DNA from: Octopus sinensis
Lineage: Eukaryota
NCBI RefSeq assembly: GCF_006345805.1
Contig: NW_021836303.1
Coordinates: 1 to 64,000, forward strand
Length of the DNA stretch: 64,000 nt
Direction: 5' to 3'
The notes under the pieces were generated by a model, which was given only the letters and a program-made list of their open reading frames with translations, ran no database searches and had not been told where the DNA came from. This document shows positions 39,733 through 53,098 of this stretch, one piece after another (position 1 is the stretch's first letter; each line of letters starts with the position of its first letter). A program made the position numbers and the translations under genes.

Positions 39733-40446
39733 ATGAATGGTGACAGTGAAAAATTTGCTGCCAAAGCAGTTGGAAGCTGCTAAAACAGCAGTCCCTGTAC
39801 TAACAAATGTTATTAGCAGTAACAACAGCAATAGCAGAAGCAGCAGTAGTAGTAGTAGTAGTAGTAGTAGTAGGAGGAGGAGTGGTATGAATGGCAGCTT
39901 CAACAGTAGTACTTGTAGTAAAAGTAGTAGCAGCATCGGTGGTACCTCGCAGCAGTAGTAGAATACACGGCAGCCGCTTCAGGAGCAGCAGTAGTGGAGC
40001 AATCACAGCAGACGATGCAGCAGTATTCGCAGTAGCAGAGTTAGTAGCGGTGGGAGTAGTTGCGGTAGTAGTATAGTAGTAGTAGTAGTAGTAGTAATAG
40101 TAACAGTATCAGCAGCAGTGGTAAAGGCTGCAGCGGCAGAAGCAGTAGTAGTAGTAGTAGAGTAGTAGTAGTAGTTAGTAGTAGTAGTAGTAGTAGTAGT
40201 TAGTAGTAGTAGTAGTTAGTAGTAGTAGTAGCGGTAGCAGTAGCAGTAATAGTAGTAGCAGCAGCAGCAGCAGTAGTTGCAGCAGCACAAATGGCAGCAA
40301 TTTGCAGTAGCAGCCAGTGGTATAAGCAGCAGCAGTAGTAGTAGCGGTAGTAGTAGTAGTAGCAGTAGTAGTTGTAGTAGTAGTAGTGGCAGCTGCAGCA
40401 GTAGCAGTAATAGTAGTAGCAGCAGCAGCAGTAGCAGTAGTGGTAA

Positions 40447-40506
<60 letters not shown>

Positions 40507-40549
40507 CGGCAGTGGCAGTACTAGGTTTAGTAGTAGTAATAGTAGCAGC

Positions 40550-40598
<49 letters not shown>

Positions 40599-40600
40599 AG
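37430..40600. repeat. Long degenerate triplet region (GGT, GAT, GTA/GCA) with a ~895-bp internal duplication
   Basis: aatgaatggtgac...gcagtccctgtactaacaaatg at ~38837 and ~39732. Confidence 0.9.
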
Positions 40601-41154
40601 AGGAGGAGGAGGAGGGGATAGGGAATTGGAGGGGGAAAAGAAAGAGCTGATAGGGGAAGGGAGAGAAAGACGAAGAAAAAGAGGAGAAAGAAGGGGAGTA
40701 AGAAGCGGAGGTGGAAGAGGAAGGGGAAAAAGGGATGAAAGAGGAGGGTGAGTAGAAGGATAAGGTGCAGCAGCAGCAGCAGCAGCTATTGTCGTCATCA
40801 TTTGAGGGTGCAAAGCTGAGTGACAGAGTCGGTGAAGCAATGGACATGTTTCGCAGAATTCAGATATTTCGAGTTCAAAGTTTGTCCATTTCTCACCATT
40901 CTCTTTTACGCATTTGATAAAGTAAGAGATCCCAGTGATATACTTGGGTCTTGTAAGTAATTGTAAACCTTTCGCAATGTGACAATGTTAGAAATGATTA
41001 CAATAAATGAGCACGGCGGACAATGAATGTGGATAGATTGCCAGACAAATATCTTTGCAGTTACTTCCCTTTACAATTTTAGTCCGAGCTTTGTCGCTGT
41101 ACACTGGGCCATCAAAAGATTCCCAGGGCTCCATGAGATCAGTGCCATTTAAGT

Positions 41155-42165
41155 ATTACATACATACAACATACATGCATACTGCATACATACATACATG
41201 CATGCATATTGCATACATGTATACATGCATACATACTGCAGACATATTGCATGCAGACATACTGCATACATGCATACATACCTACTGCATACATACATAT
41301 TCGATATATACATACTGCATATACACATACTACATACGTAAATACAGCATACATATATACATGCATACATACTGCATACACGCATACAAACCCACTGCAT
41401 GTATACATACATACATACTGCATTCATACATCATACATATTCGATACATACATACTACATACACGCATGCATACGTACTGCATACATATATACTGCACAC
41501 ATGCATACATACTTACTGCATACATACATATTCGATATATACATACTGCATATACACATACTACATACGTAAATACAGCATACATATATACATGCATACA
41601 TACTGCATACACGCATACAAACCCACTGCATGTATACATACATACATACTGCATTCATACATCATACATATTCGATACATACATACTACATACACGCATG
41701 CATACGTACTGCATACATATATACTGCACACATGCATACATACATACTGAATACACACATATATACGTACTGCATACATACATACTGCATTCATACATCA
41801 TACATATTCGATACATACATACTACATACACGCATGCATACGTACTGCATACATATATACTGCACACATGCATACATACATACTGCATACATACATATAT
41901 ACGTACTGCATACATACATACTGCATTCATACATCATACATATTCGATACATACATACTACATACACGCATGCATACGTACTGCATACATATATACTGCA
42001 CACATTCATACATACATACTGAATACACACATATATACGTACTGCATACATACATACTGCATAATACCTACATACACACTGCATAGATACATGCATACAT
42101 ATAAACATACATATATACATACATGTATGCATACATACATGCATGCGTACATACGCACATACATA
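41155..42165. repeat. Higher-order repeat derived from (CATA)n: 234-bp and shorter units
   Basis: tacatattcgatatatacatactgc recurs at a 234-bp offset (~41295, ~41529). Confidence 0.85.
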
Positions 42166-42467
42166 CGCAGCTTTGCGTGTCGTTTTGGCAGACGGAATCT
42201 GGAAAAGCCCATTGTATATATATGTTTTATATATATTTATGTGTGTGTATCTGTTTGTCACCCCGCCATAGCTTGATAACCGATGGTGGTGTGTTTATGT
42301 TCCCGTGACTTAGCGATTCCGAAAAAGAGACCGGTAGAATAAGTACTAGGTTTACTTAAAATAAGATCTGAGGTCGATTTCTTCGGCTAAAACCATTTAC
42401 GAGAGTGCTCCATCATGGCCACAGTCACATGACTGAAACAAAGTAAATGAATAAAAGAATGCATTCG

Positions 42468-42502
<35 letters not shown>

Positions 42503-43824
42503 TTCGATCTCAGATCAGGTCACTTGCTATGCAAGTACATCTCCGTAAGAATATATATATGTATATACATACATACACATACACACACACACCACACACA
42601 CACACATATATATATAGCGAGAGAGAGAGAGAGATCCATATACACACACGTATATGGTAAAGATCAATTCCTTGAATGAAATTTTGTAGACCAAAATTCT
42701 GTGGTAGAGTAGGAAAGCCATTCTTGATCAGTGATATTAAATTTAGCTCAATGCGGCTTAAAAGTACTCAACGGTGATGAGTACCGATATAACCTTATTA
42801 CCAGTTCCAATATACTTGAAACTTATTCGAAACCGTAAGAACCCCATCCGCTGCATTTGGCTGCATTTTACTGCGGCCAGGCCACCGATTAGCCCAGCTT
42901 CTTACAGTACGTTGACTTCAATATGATAAGAAAGACTTGGCTTCTCGTCGTCAGTTTGGAGCGTCTCTCTATCCCGTACTCGATGCTGAAGAGCGTAAAA
43001 TTACTCCGAAATGAATGCGTCCAGTGATTTGGGTAGCCGGTGCTCCAGGTTAACTTGGCGTGTTTACACCATTTTATCCAGAGCGAAAATGTTTCTACAT
43101 CAGAAAATGCAGTGAATAACTTACGTAACGCTTTCGAATGTATTTCCCAAGCGTATTCGAACTGGTAACAAGTGTATCTATTCGTCTTCCGGTTCCACAC
43201 CATTATGTATCTATGAGTGTGTCGTTGGTAATTTTCACTCTGTTGTAAGCTTTTAGGTCACTGTTTCCTGTTTATGGATATCATTCGTCTTTCCTTGTCC
43301 CAATTTTGGAGGCCTTGGGAAACGTCATGGTCCCTGGCTGTTCTTTCTCCGTTGAGTAAGCGATAAAAAAATATCCTGGGGTTTATTTAATTAAATTATT
43401 CCGTTAAAGATTATGGACTTAAGTTTTTGCTAGAAATTCTTTTTATGTACACTGTAATTAGTATAAATTTCTTTATCTTCTCAACTGAAGCCATACGCCG
43501 GCTGAAATCCACCATTTTTTTAAAACAGAGATAAAATTATTACTAGTGTAATCAATGAATTGACAGAATCGTAAGATGTTGGATAAAATATATTGTAGTC
43601 ATCTATATACCACATGTAACATATATGCACCACTGACGGGCATGACGCTGTCAGTTTTATCTGTGAGAAATTGCTTTCATAGACGTGTTAAAAATACAAT
43701 ATATATATCGGAGCGAGATGAACATCGTCTCAGCAGTGACTCACGAGAATATCTGACGTGTTTCGGTTTGTTTCTGCCTTGTCAGTGACTTATAATCGTC
43801 AGTCGAGCGTCTAGACGAAATCTG

Positions 43825-44700
43825 ATGCCCCCAGAACAAGACCAGCAATTTCAAATGAGGGGATAAGTCTATTAAATCACCCTCAGTGCTCAACTGGTAC
43901 TTATTTTATCGATCCTGAAAGGATGAAAGGCAAAGTCGAGCTCAGCAGCGTCTGAACTCCGAACTTAAGCACAGACGAAACACCGCTAAGCACTTTCCCC
44001 GACTTAAGGCCCTCAAAAATATTAATAAACAATGACTTTAAATTTTGGTACAAGGCCAGCAATTTCAAGGGTGGGGTTAAGTCGATAACATTCACCCTAG
44101 TACTTGACTAGTATCTATTTTATCGACGTCGAAAGGATGAAAGGCAAAGTGGAATTTGAACTCAGAACGTAAAGATGAATGAAATGTCGCTGAGCCCTTT
44201 TCCCGGTACAGCAAGGTGTCTGCCAGATCGCCGCCTTAAAACGAGTGTTAATGAATAATATTAATAAACGATACAGAGCGGCAAGCTGGCACAAACGTTA
44301 GCACGCCGGGCGAAATGCCTGGCAGTATTTCGTCTGTCTTTACGTTCTGAGTTCAAATTCCACTGAGGTCGACTTTACCTTTCATCGTTTCGGGGTCGAT
44401 AAATTAAGTACCATTTACGTACTGGGGTCGATCTAATCGACTGGCTCCCTCACCACAAATTTCGGGCCTTGTGCCTAGAGTAGAAAAGTATATTAATAAA
44501 CGATACGTTCATTAGTATTGCGGCGAACTGGCAGAAACGTTAGCATGCCGGAAAAACTTTTTAGCAGCGTCTCGTCCCTCTGTGTTCAAATTCCACTGAA
44601 ATCGACTTCTCCTTTCATCCTTTCGGTGAAGTAAATACTAGTAAAGTGCTGGAGTCGGTGACATAACTTGCTTCCTCCCCTCAAAATCTACTGGCTCAGT
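43825..44700. mobile_element. Four family A SINEs (two minus, two plus)
   Basis: Match to family A. Confidence 0.8.
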
Positions 44701-45887
44701 ACCAAACTTTGAAATAATTAATGTTGCGAAAAGCCGCTGAACCGAATAAAAATTCGGTGTATGCAGTTGAGACAACATTAAATCATGATATCAATCTACG
44801 TATTCTACTTATCATGCATACACAATAGATAGGCAAAATGCTATGGTATTTGTCTGAGAGACAATTTCTCCAGAAACCAAGCTGTATTAAAAATATTATA
44901 GATGTCGGATCAAAACGAACTTAATCCAGCAGTGTCCTACGAGAAGATTTGCTGATCGTTTGAGTTAAACTCTTGTGGTTGATTTCACTCCTGATTCTTT
45001 TAAAGTCGATAAGATGCAGTATCAATCGTGAGATCAAAGTGAGTCGAATAGTTAGAGTACAGAGCAAGAAGCTTCAGCGCATTTGATCCCCGCTTCTTTA
45101 TTTTATCTATGTGTGTGTGTGTTCGGAGTATTTGGATGTTAGACTAAGCTCCCTGTCTGCTTTAACATCAGTATTACGTCCCTGCTTATCTTTAGCGGTT
45201 TTCCCTGAGTTGCAAGCAATCGAACCAGCGCTTTGGCTTTAACGATAACATGCTCCCACCCTCATTTTAACCTCTGAAGCACTCCCTCATTTTAACCTCT
45301 GCAGCCCTCCTTCATTCTAACCTCTGTAGCCCTTGAAAGCAACATATATACATATAAGTGTCGCTCTTTCTTCTCTGACTCGGCGATGAAAAAATATACT
45401 AGAATTATTTTTTACGTCTGCAATCTACCCCACAAATTAGGGGTATTGCGTTTTTGCTTGATGTCATTATTACGTAGAAGATTTGAAAAATAAGTACTTT
45501 AGATCAAAGCAATGTTCTGGTTGGGTGCTGGAGCACTTGATATTTTAGCAGTCAACAACAATATGTGTTGCATTTCTCATCACAAAATTCAAGAGAAATA
45601 CAAGTTATAGGTATACTTAATGCTCCGTTAAGTAACAATCTTCTGGGTGCCTATCCTTCAGCATGGTCCACATGTGCCGCATAACCTACATAGTCCTTAC
45701 TCTATGTACACACTGACAACCTCCCCCGTTTGTACTTTCTAGAACAACAGTAAACAACGAAATTCTATCTACACATTAAGACATGTATGTGTATATATGT
45801 TGGTAGATATGCCCGAACGTACGTACGTGTAGATATGTACGCATGCGTACGTCTACTTATACATATATATATACATACATACATACA

Positions 45888-45934
<47 letters not shown>

Positions 45935-46905
45935 GCATGCATGTGTGTATGTGAATTTGTGTACGCATATTTGTGTACCTGTTCATATAAGTATATATGT
46001 ACGTGTGTAGGTAGGCAGGTACGTAAACAAAACGGGTGCGACGCAAACTAGTTGGTAGGTAGTAGGGTAGTAGGGCAGATATGTATGTATAATGGGATCT
46101 GATTGGTTCGTGTATTTCTACACATATTTTTATATTATTTTTTATTACTTTATTTATTGTCATCGTTGCAGTCACTATTCCTGTTTACATAAACAATTAT
46201 ATAATGTCATATATATATATATATATATGTATGTAATTATGTATGTATGTATGTATGTATGTATGTATGTATGTATGTATGTATGTATGTATGTATGTAT
46301 GTATATAAGTTAGGGTAGATTTGTTGGTGACAACCTTGAGATGTTACGAGGTGTTTACATGTTTTTGGTGTAATGTTGTCTGCATAAAATGGTGTTGTTT
46401 TTGTTCCTAATTCTGACACAGGTTGTCATGCTGATGACGGAGGAGTTTGTTATCGAATCCAGGTGTATGACCGCTATTTTATTTTCTTACTCCCTGAAGA
46501 ATCTATGATAATGTCGTGACACCTTACGCAAGTGTCTTCTAAAAGCCTCATGTCAACCAACGTCCTGTGAGTGACATTGGTAGACGAAAACTGTTAGATC
46601 AACGTCGTATCTATAAAGAAAAAAAGAGAGTCACTTACTTTAATGTGTTTTTTTTGCATAATATTATTGCCCGAGGTTACCGTGGTCTTTTCCGTAGGCT
46701 TTTCTTTCCACGGATAAACCTAACCTGTTTCCCCCTTTTAGATTATGACATTTCTGTGTTACACGATCCCTATTGATCGGCTTTTTTTAAAATCCATTTT
46801 GATTAAAATTCTCCCTTTGTCTTTTTTTCTTCTTCCCAAAAAGAAAATCCCTACTTTGTACTTTGTCCCCTCTGTGTTCAGCTCTGTGTGGTCAGTAAAG
46901 AAACA

Positions 46906-46980
<75 letters not shown>

Positions 46981-47174
46981 TGCCGTTAGCGATTTTTTTC
47001 CTCTGTCTTCCCTTCTCTGGATCTTTCCTTCTCCTATGTTTCCGACGAAGAGCTCCGCTCGAAACGTTAAACCCTCCTTCTTTCCTTCTTTCCTGAGCGT
47101 CTAATAATACTATATTTGTTCCACGTCCTCGCGTTGTTGTGTTTTGTTTGTGCTTTCCTGTTTGGATTAAATTT
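46981..47174 (+). mobile_element. Family-C short element in (TATC)n with minimal hammerhead-like motif (47038-47072)
   Basis: gttt-CCGACGA-a-gagc(tcc)gctc-GAAA-cg-TT-aaac. Confidence 0.72.
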
Positions 47175-47201
47175 ATCTATGTATCTATCTACCTATCTAT
47201 A

Positions 47202-47270
<69 letters not shown>

Positions 47271-47307
47271 GTCTGTCTATCTATCTATTTCTTCCACTCT
47301 CTCTATG

Positions 47308-47379
<72 letters not shown>

Positions 47380-47410
47380 TACATATATATATACATGTAT
47401 ATATACATAT

Positions 47411-47472
<62 letters not shown>

Positions 47473-47954
47473 ATGTATGTATTAGAATAGTATAATTTGC
47501 ATGGAGCATTGTCTGATATAGATAAATGCTTTTAATGTTTCTTATAAAGCCAAAACAGTGCAAGTTATAAGGAATAATACAAGTCAATGATTTGTACTTT
47601 CACTTTCCCTTTCAATATTCCGAGGTGTGTGCTTCTGAGCCTTTGTTTATCTACCACCCAGCTCCATCACTTAGCAATTGGTACTTGCTCGTTCCTGTAA
47701 CTTGGTGGTTCGGCAAATAAGATCGATTATATATATATTGCAGACTTTATAAAAAGTGCAAGCTGATCCACTAAATTTAGGAATTGGTGCAGCTTGATAA
47801 TTAACAAACATAAAATAGCATAATAATCAAATGGCGCTATATGGTCTCGTTTTATCATCATCACCGTCCTGTCGATTCTGTCACATGATCGCCTCAATTG
47901 AAGTATAATAATCCCTCGCCATATCGCAGTTCACCTATCGCGGTTCGCCTATCA

Positions 47955-48280
47955 GGCTCAGTGGTTAGAGCGTCGAACTTATGACCATGAGGTTGTGAGT
48001 TCGAATCCCGGACCGGGCTGCGTGTTGTGTACTTGAGCAAGCCACTTTATTTCACGTTGCTCCAGTTCACTCAGCTGTAGAAATGAGTTGCGATGTCACT
48101 GGTGCCAAGCTGTATCGGCCCCTGTGCCTTTCCCTTGGATAACATCGGTGACGTGGAGAGGGGAGGCCGGTATGCATGGGCGACTGCTGGTCTTCCATAA
48201 ACAACCTTGCCCGAACTTGTGCCTGGGAGGGTAACTTCCTAGGTGCAATCCCATGGTCAGTCATGACGGAAGGAGGTCTC
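47955..48280 (+). mobile_element. tRNA-derived SINE (family F)
   Basis: ggctcagtggttagagcgtcg...gagttcgaatccc head; colinear with 17606-17937. Confidence 0.82.
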
Positions 48281-48722
48281 CGAGTGTGAAACAATATATT
48301 TCACTGTTGACTTCACACACACACACACAGGTATCTCTCTCATGCACACACATTCATGCTCATACACATACGTATAAACACATACATGTAGACACACAAG
48401 AAATTGGCAAACTGCGGCTCACGGAAGTCAACGACCATATGTCAAACTTGCAAATGGTTTGGGAGATCATTAAAACTTTGAATCTTGCGTTACTGATTGT
48501 TTTGGGGAAGCCCCGTTCTCGGTTGTCTCTCGGACGTATTATTTCTGCTTCGTCTCTGTGTCAGGAATACCTGGTTGAGCAAAGGCCCATGAGAAATGCG
48601 CAGATCACTCAGTCGGTATTGGTTAAATATTTTTTCTTCTTAGTAAATAACTTTTTACGTTGTATTGCAAGAAACATTCTATTTTAAACTGGTAGCGGTT
48701 TGAAATGTGAATAACAAGCTCA

Positions 48723-48724
<2 letters not shown>

Positions 48725-48761
<37 letters not shown>

Positions 48762-48894
48762 AAGCAGTAGTTGTAGTAGTATAGCAGCAGCAGCTGTAGT
48801 AGTAGTAGTAGTGATGGGAGTGGTGTTGATGGTTGTGGTTGGTTGTGGTAGTAGTAGTAGTAGCAGTCATAGTAGAAGCAGTAGTAGTAGTAGT

Positions 48895-48940
<46 letters not shown>

Positions 48941-49049
48941 TAGTAGTAGTGATGGAAGTGGTGTTGATGGTGGTGGTTGGTTGTGGTAGTAGTAGTAGTA
49001 GTAGTAGTAGTAGCAGTAATAGTAGAAGCAGTAGTAGTAGTAGTAGAAA

Positions 49050-49082
<33 letters not shown>

Positions 49083-49535
49083 TGTAGTAGTATAACAGCA
49101 GCAGCTGTAGTAGTAGTAGTAGTGATGGGAGTGGTGTTGATGGTGGTGGTTGGTTGTGGTAGTAGTAGTAGTAGTAGTAGTAGCAGTAATAGTAGAAGCA
49201 GTAGTAGTAGTAGTAAAGCAGCAGCAGTAGTAGTAGTTGTAGTAGTAGTAGTAGTAGTAGTAGTAATGGTAGTGGTGATGGTGGTGGTGGATGATGGTGA
49301 TGGTTGTTGTTGGTGGTAGTAGTAGTAGTAGTAGCAGCAGCAGCAGTAGTAGTGGTAGTAGTGGTGGTGATGGTGGTGATGGTGGGAATGGTGGTGGTGG
49401 TAGTAGTAGTAGTAATAGTAGCTGTAATAGTAGTAGCAGTAGTAGTAGTTGTGGTAGTGGTGGTGGTGGTGGTGGTGGTGGTGGTGTTAGTAGTAGTAGT
49501 AGTAGTAGTAGCAGCAGCATTTGTAGTAGTAGTAA
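48725..49535. repeat. Degenerate (GTA/GCA/GGT)n with internal duplicated blocks
   Basis: Directly visible. Confidence 0.9.
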
Positions 49536-49819
49536 AAGTCTCTTGTTTGACGGCGTGAAAGACGCATACTTGTAAACCCCGCCCCAGCGGTTATTCTAAA
49601 GAAAAACAAGGTTTCTAGTGCATAAAGTCATGTAGTATAGGGCTAACTTCACCTACAGAAGCCAGGGTGGGGGTTTTTTGACACATTTTCTTGTTCTTAG
49701 TTTTAAACGCGCATATTATAGGTTATTAAGTGATGTAAGCGTTAATTTACGTTTAATAACCATATTACGTTTCTTATTCCTGTATTCATATTAATCCTAT
49801 TATTCTCAGATTCTCGTAG

Positions 49820-50210
49820 TTCACTGTTTCGATATTCCGATAATCCGATAATCCGAATTTCCAATATTCTGATATTTCGATATTACAATAGTTCAGTATT
49901 CTGATGTTCTGATATTCCGATATTCCGATATATCAGTAATCTATTAGATCAATATTCCTTTCATCCAATGTATTTATGATTTCCCATTCTTCCAGTTCTC
50001 CATTATTCTGATATTTCAGAATTATTATATTCCGATTATTTTTATTCTCTTTTTGTCGTCCGGTATTCGTTTATATATCCCACTACTAGGATAATCCAAT
50101 ATCTGGTATTCCAATATTCCGAACATTGTACTACTGATATTCCGATATTCTTATAATAGAAAATACTTATATTCCAGTATTTAAGTATTCCTAATATTTT
50201 ATTATTCTTA
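49820..50210. repeat. Cryptic 8-mer repeat (TATTCCGA-like)
   Basis: gatattccgataatccgataatccgaatttccaatattctgatatttcgatatt... Confidence 0.75.
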
Positions 50211-50246
50211 CATTTAAATACCTTTAATTAATATTTCCTTCTCGAA

Positions 50247-50825
50247 GGCGGGCGAGCTGGCAGAAACGTTAGCACGCCAGGCGAAATGCATAGTCGTATT
50301 TCGTCTGCCGCTACGTTCTGAGTTCAAATTCCGCCGAGTCGACTTTACCTTTCACCTTTCGGGGTCGATATGAACGACTTAATCCGTTTGTCTGTTCTTG
50401 TTTGTCCCCTCTGTGTTTAGCCCCTTGTGGGTAGTAAAGAAATAGGTATTTCGTCTGCCACTACGTTCTGAGTTCAAATTCCGCCGAGGTCGACTTTACC
50501 TTTCATCCTTTCGGGGTCGATAAATTAAGTACCAGTTACGCACTGGGGTCAATGTAATCGACTTAATCCGTTTGTCTGTCCTTGTTTGTCCCCTCTGTGT
50601 GTAGCCTCTTGAGGGCAATAAAGAAATAAGGAACGTTAGCACGCTGGGCGAAATGCTTAGCGGTATTTCGTCTGTCTTTATGTTCTGAGTTTAAATTCCG
50701 CCGAGGTCGACTTTGCTTTTCATTCTTTCGGGGTCGATAAATTAAGTACCAGTTGCGTACTGGGGTCGATCTAGTCGACTGGCTCCCTCCCCAAAAATTT
50801 CGGGCCTTGTGCCTAGATTAGAAAA
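50247..50825 (+). mobile_element. Family A SINE head-to-tail trimer
   Basis: Junctions at 50444/50445 and ~50630. Confidence 0.88.
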
Positions 50826-50844
50826 GAATATTTCCTTCGCGAGC

Positions 50845-51066
50845 CATGCCAATTTCACGAGGTCCGGTTTCCCAGTTTCAATGACGTATAAATCCCCCAC
50901 CTGGACTGGACACTTGTTCGTTGTAGGATTATTCATTATTGCCAGCTGAGTGGACTGGAGCAACCTGAAGTGAAATGCTTTGCTTAAGAACACATCACAT
51001 GGCCGGTTCAGGGATTGAAACCCCAATCGAAACCCAATACCCCTAACCACTAAACCACGCGCCTCC
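50845..51066 (-). mobile_element. Family E SINE
   Basis: Similar to 12514-12742. Confidence 0.7.
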
Positions 51067-51265
51067 AATTAATGCCCTAGTAATCTTATATTCTAATAGT
51101 CCAGTGTGTTAATTGTTAATATTCTGTTATTCCTATATTCCATATGTAGTAATTCATCAATCCGCTACTCTTCCAACAATATATTCGAATATTATGATAC
51201 TTCATTTGTCTTAAGTTTCAGTTTTCTAATATTCTAGTATTTCAAGACATTAGAATTGTAAAATG

Positions 51266-51650
51266 GTATTTTGTTCCATCATTCAATTTTCCATCACATA
51301 ATGTTCCATCATTTAATATCCGTCACTCAATGTTCTGTCTCTCACTTTTCCATCAATGAGTGTTCCATCACTCAATTTTCCACCACTCAAATGACGCACG
51401 TCACGCAATATTTTTTCGTCATTGAATGTACATCACTCCACGTTCCATCATTCAATATTGCATCACTCACTGTTCAATCAATCAATGTTCCATCAATCAT
51501 ATGTCCATCACTCATTATTCCGTCACTGAAAGTTCCATCACTCTACGTTCCATCACTCTAAGTTCCATCACTCTACGTTCCATCATTCAATATTTCATTA
51601 CTGTTCAATCACTCACAATTCCATCACTCATATGTACATCACACATTATT
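51266..51650. repeat. Cryptic minisatellite with a TTCCATCA(C/T)T core
   Basis: The core recurs about every 18-22 nt. Confidence 0.8.
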
Positions 51651-52594
51651 CCAAATATTATTAGGGTAGTGTGTGGATGTCTCTGACAAGAGCGAGAGAA
51701 GTAGTGCTGTGAGGATGACTTTGTACATGTTTCTGATATAAGCAGTAGAAATAATCTTGTTAAGCTGACGATATAGATGTATTTGTGACTAAGATGAGTT
51801 GTAGATAGTAATGCTAACATGGCATTATACCAGAATCTGTCCCGAGAAGAGATAATATTGCTGTAATTGTTTTATAATGTATGTGGGATATGTGGGAGAG
51901 ATAATGATGTTAGAATAGCGTTATAGATGATTGACACGAGCAGGAACGATAACATTGTTCAGATGGTCTAGAGGAAGAGATTTGTATTGAGATGATGTTG
52001 CGTATATATCTGAAACGAGTGGGAAAAATTGCGTTGTTACGATGGTGTCTTTGATGTGTATGATATGAGCAGAAAAGATACTGCTGTTTGAATTGTATCG
52101 ATGTTTCTGACCTGAGTAGGGGACATAGTGATCTTAGGATGGTTCTAGGGTTTGTGTAGATGTGTGTGGAGCTTGGATTACATTATCTGTTTTTTTTTAT
52201 TAGGAAACTAAAGTCTGATTTGAGGGAAATTTGACTGTTATTTCTTACACATCAAATAACCACGTTGAAATTCATTCAGTAGTTCTGTTGTGTTGTAATG
52301 ATGAGTACAAAACTACTCCAGATCGAGAAGTTCTATGAAGCATTACCAATTTTTGCAAAACTAAGAAACAGTAAATCACTATGGACAGTGCTTGGTCTTG
52401 AAATTCAATAAAACGACCTCTTACGACGAACAGTTCCTATAGGTAGTGGGATGAGGCATTACAGTGCAGATATGGCCATACACAGGGAACCATGTTACTT
52501 GGAGGCGGCACTATTGACACGCTTAATGAGAGGGTGAACATAACAAACGTCAATTCGGCTTTATTGTGAATAAAAATTTGCTATATAAACTGGC

Positions 52595-52895
52595 TGTGGA
52601 GGAACATGGCCTAGTGATTAGAGCAGCGGACTCGCGGTCGAGGGATCGTGGGTTCGAAACCCAGACCGGGCAATGTGTGTGCTTATGAGCGAAACACCTA
52701 AGCTCCACGCAGCTCCGGCAGAAGGTAATGGTGAACTACTGCTGACTCTTTTGCCACAACGTTCTCTCACTCTTTCATTCTGCATCTTGCAGCTCACCTG
52801 CGACGGACCGACGTCGCGTCCAGGCTGGGAACATATACGCGAAGGAAACCGGGAAGCCGGCGCTATGAGCCAGGCGTGGATCGAGAAGGAACAAA
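52595..52895 (+). mobile_element. OK-like SINE, diverged, tail type 3
   Basis: Head and central similarity; gaaaccgggaagccggcgctatgag tail. Confidence 0.75.
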
Positions 52896-53098
52896 CATAT
52901 AAACTGACTGGGACACCGGTTGACATTCGTGAGAGGCTAATACCACACCGTATGCTTCTTAATGTGAGTAGTTATCTTTAGTTACTAAGTTCCTATGCAC
53001 AAAATTTTGATATCACGTAATAAGGATAAAGACCGAAATTACCAGACTTCAGATCGTGTTCTGAGTAAGACACCAAATCAATACAAAAGGGTTTCTAA

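Noticed and set aside
42985-43025. CTGAAGA...GAAA spacing
   Set aside because: Stems I-III do not form.
43745-43810. Minus-strand CTGACGA...ccGAAAcacGTCagatat hammerhead-like motif
   Set aside because: No stem I pairing and no convincing stem II; at most a decayed relic.
46421-46516. Exon-like GCHADDGGVCYRIQ segment
   Set aside because: No good in-frame donor before stop codons.
51266-51650. CRISPR array
   Set aside because: Eukaryotic context, degenerate short core, self-similar spacers, no cas genes.
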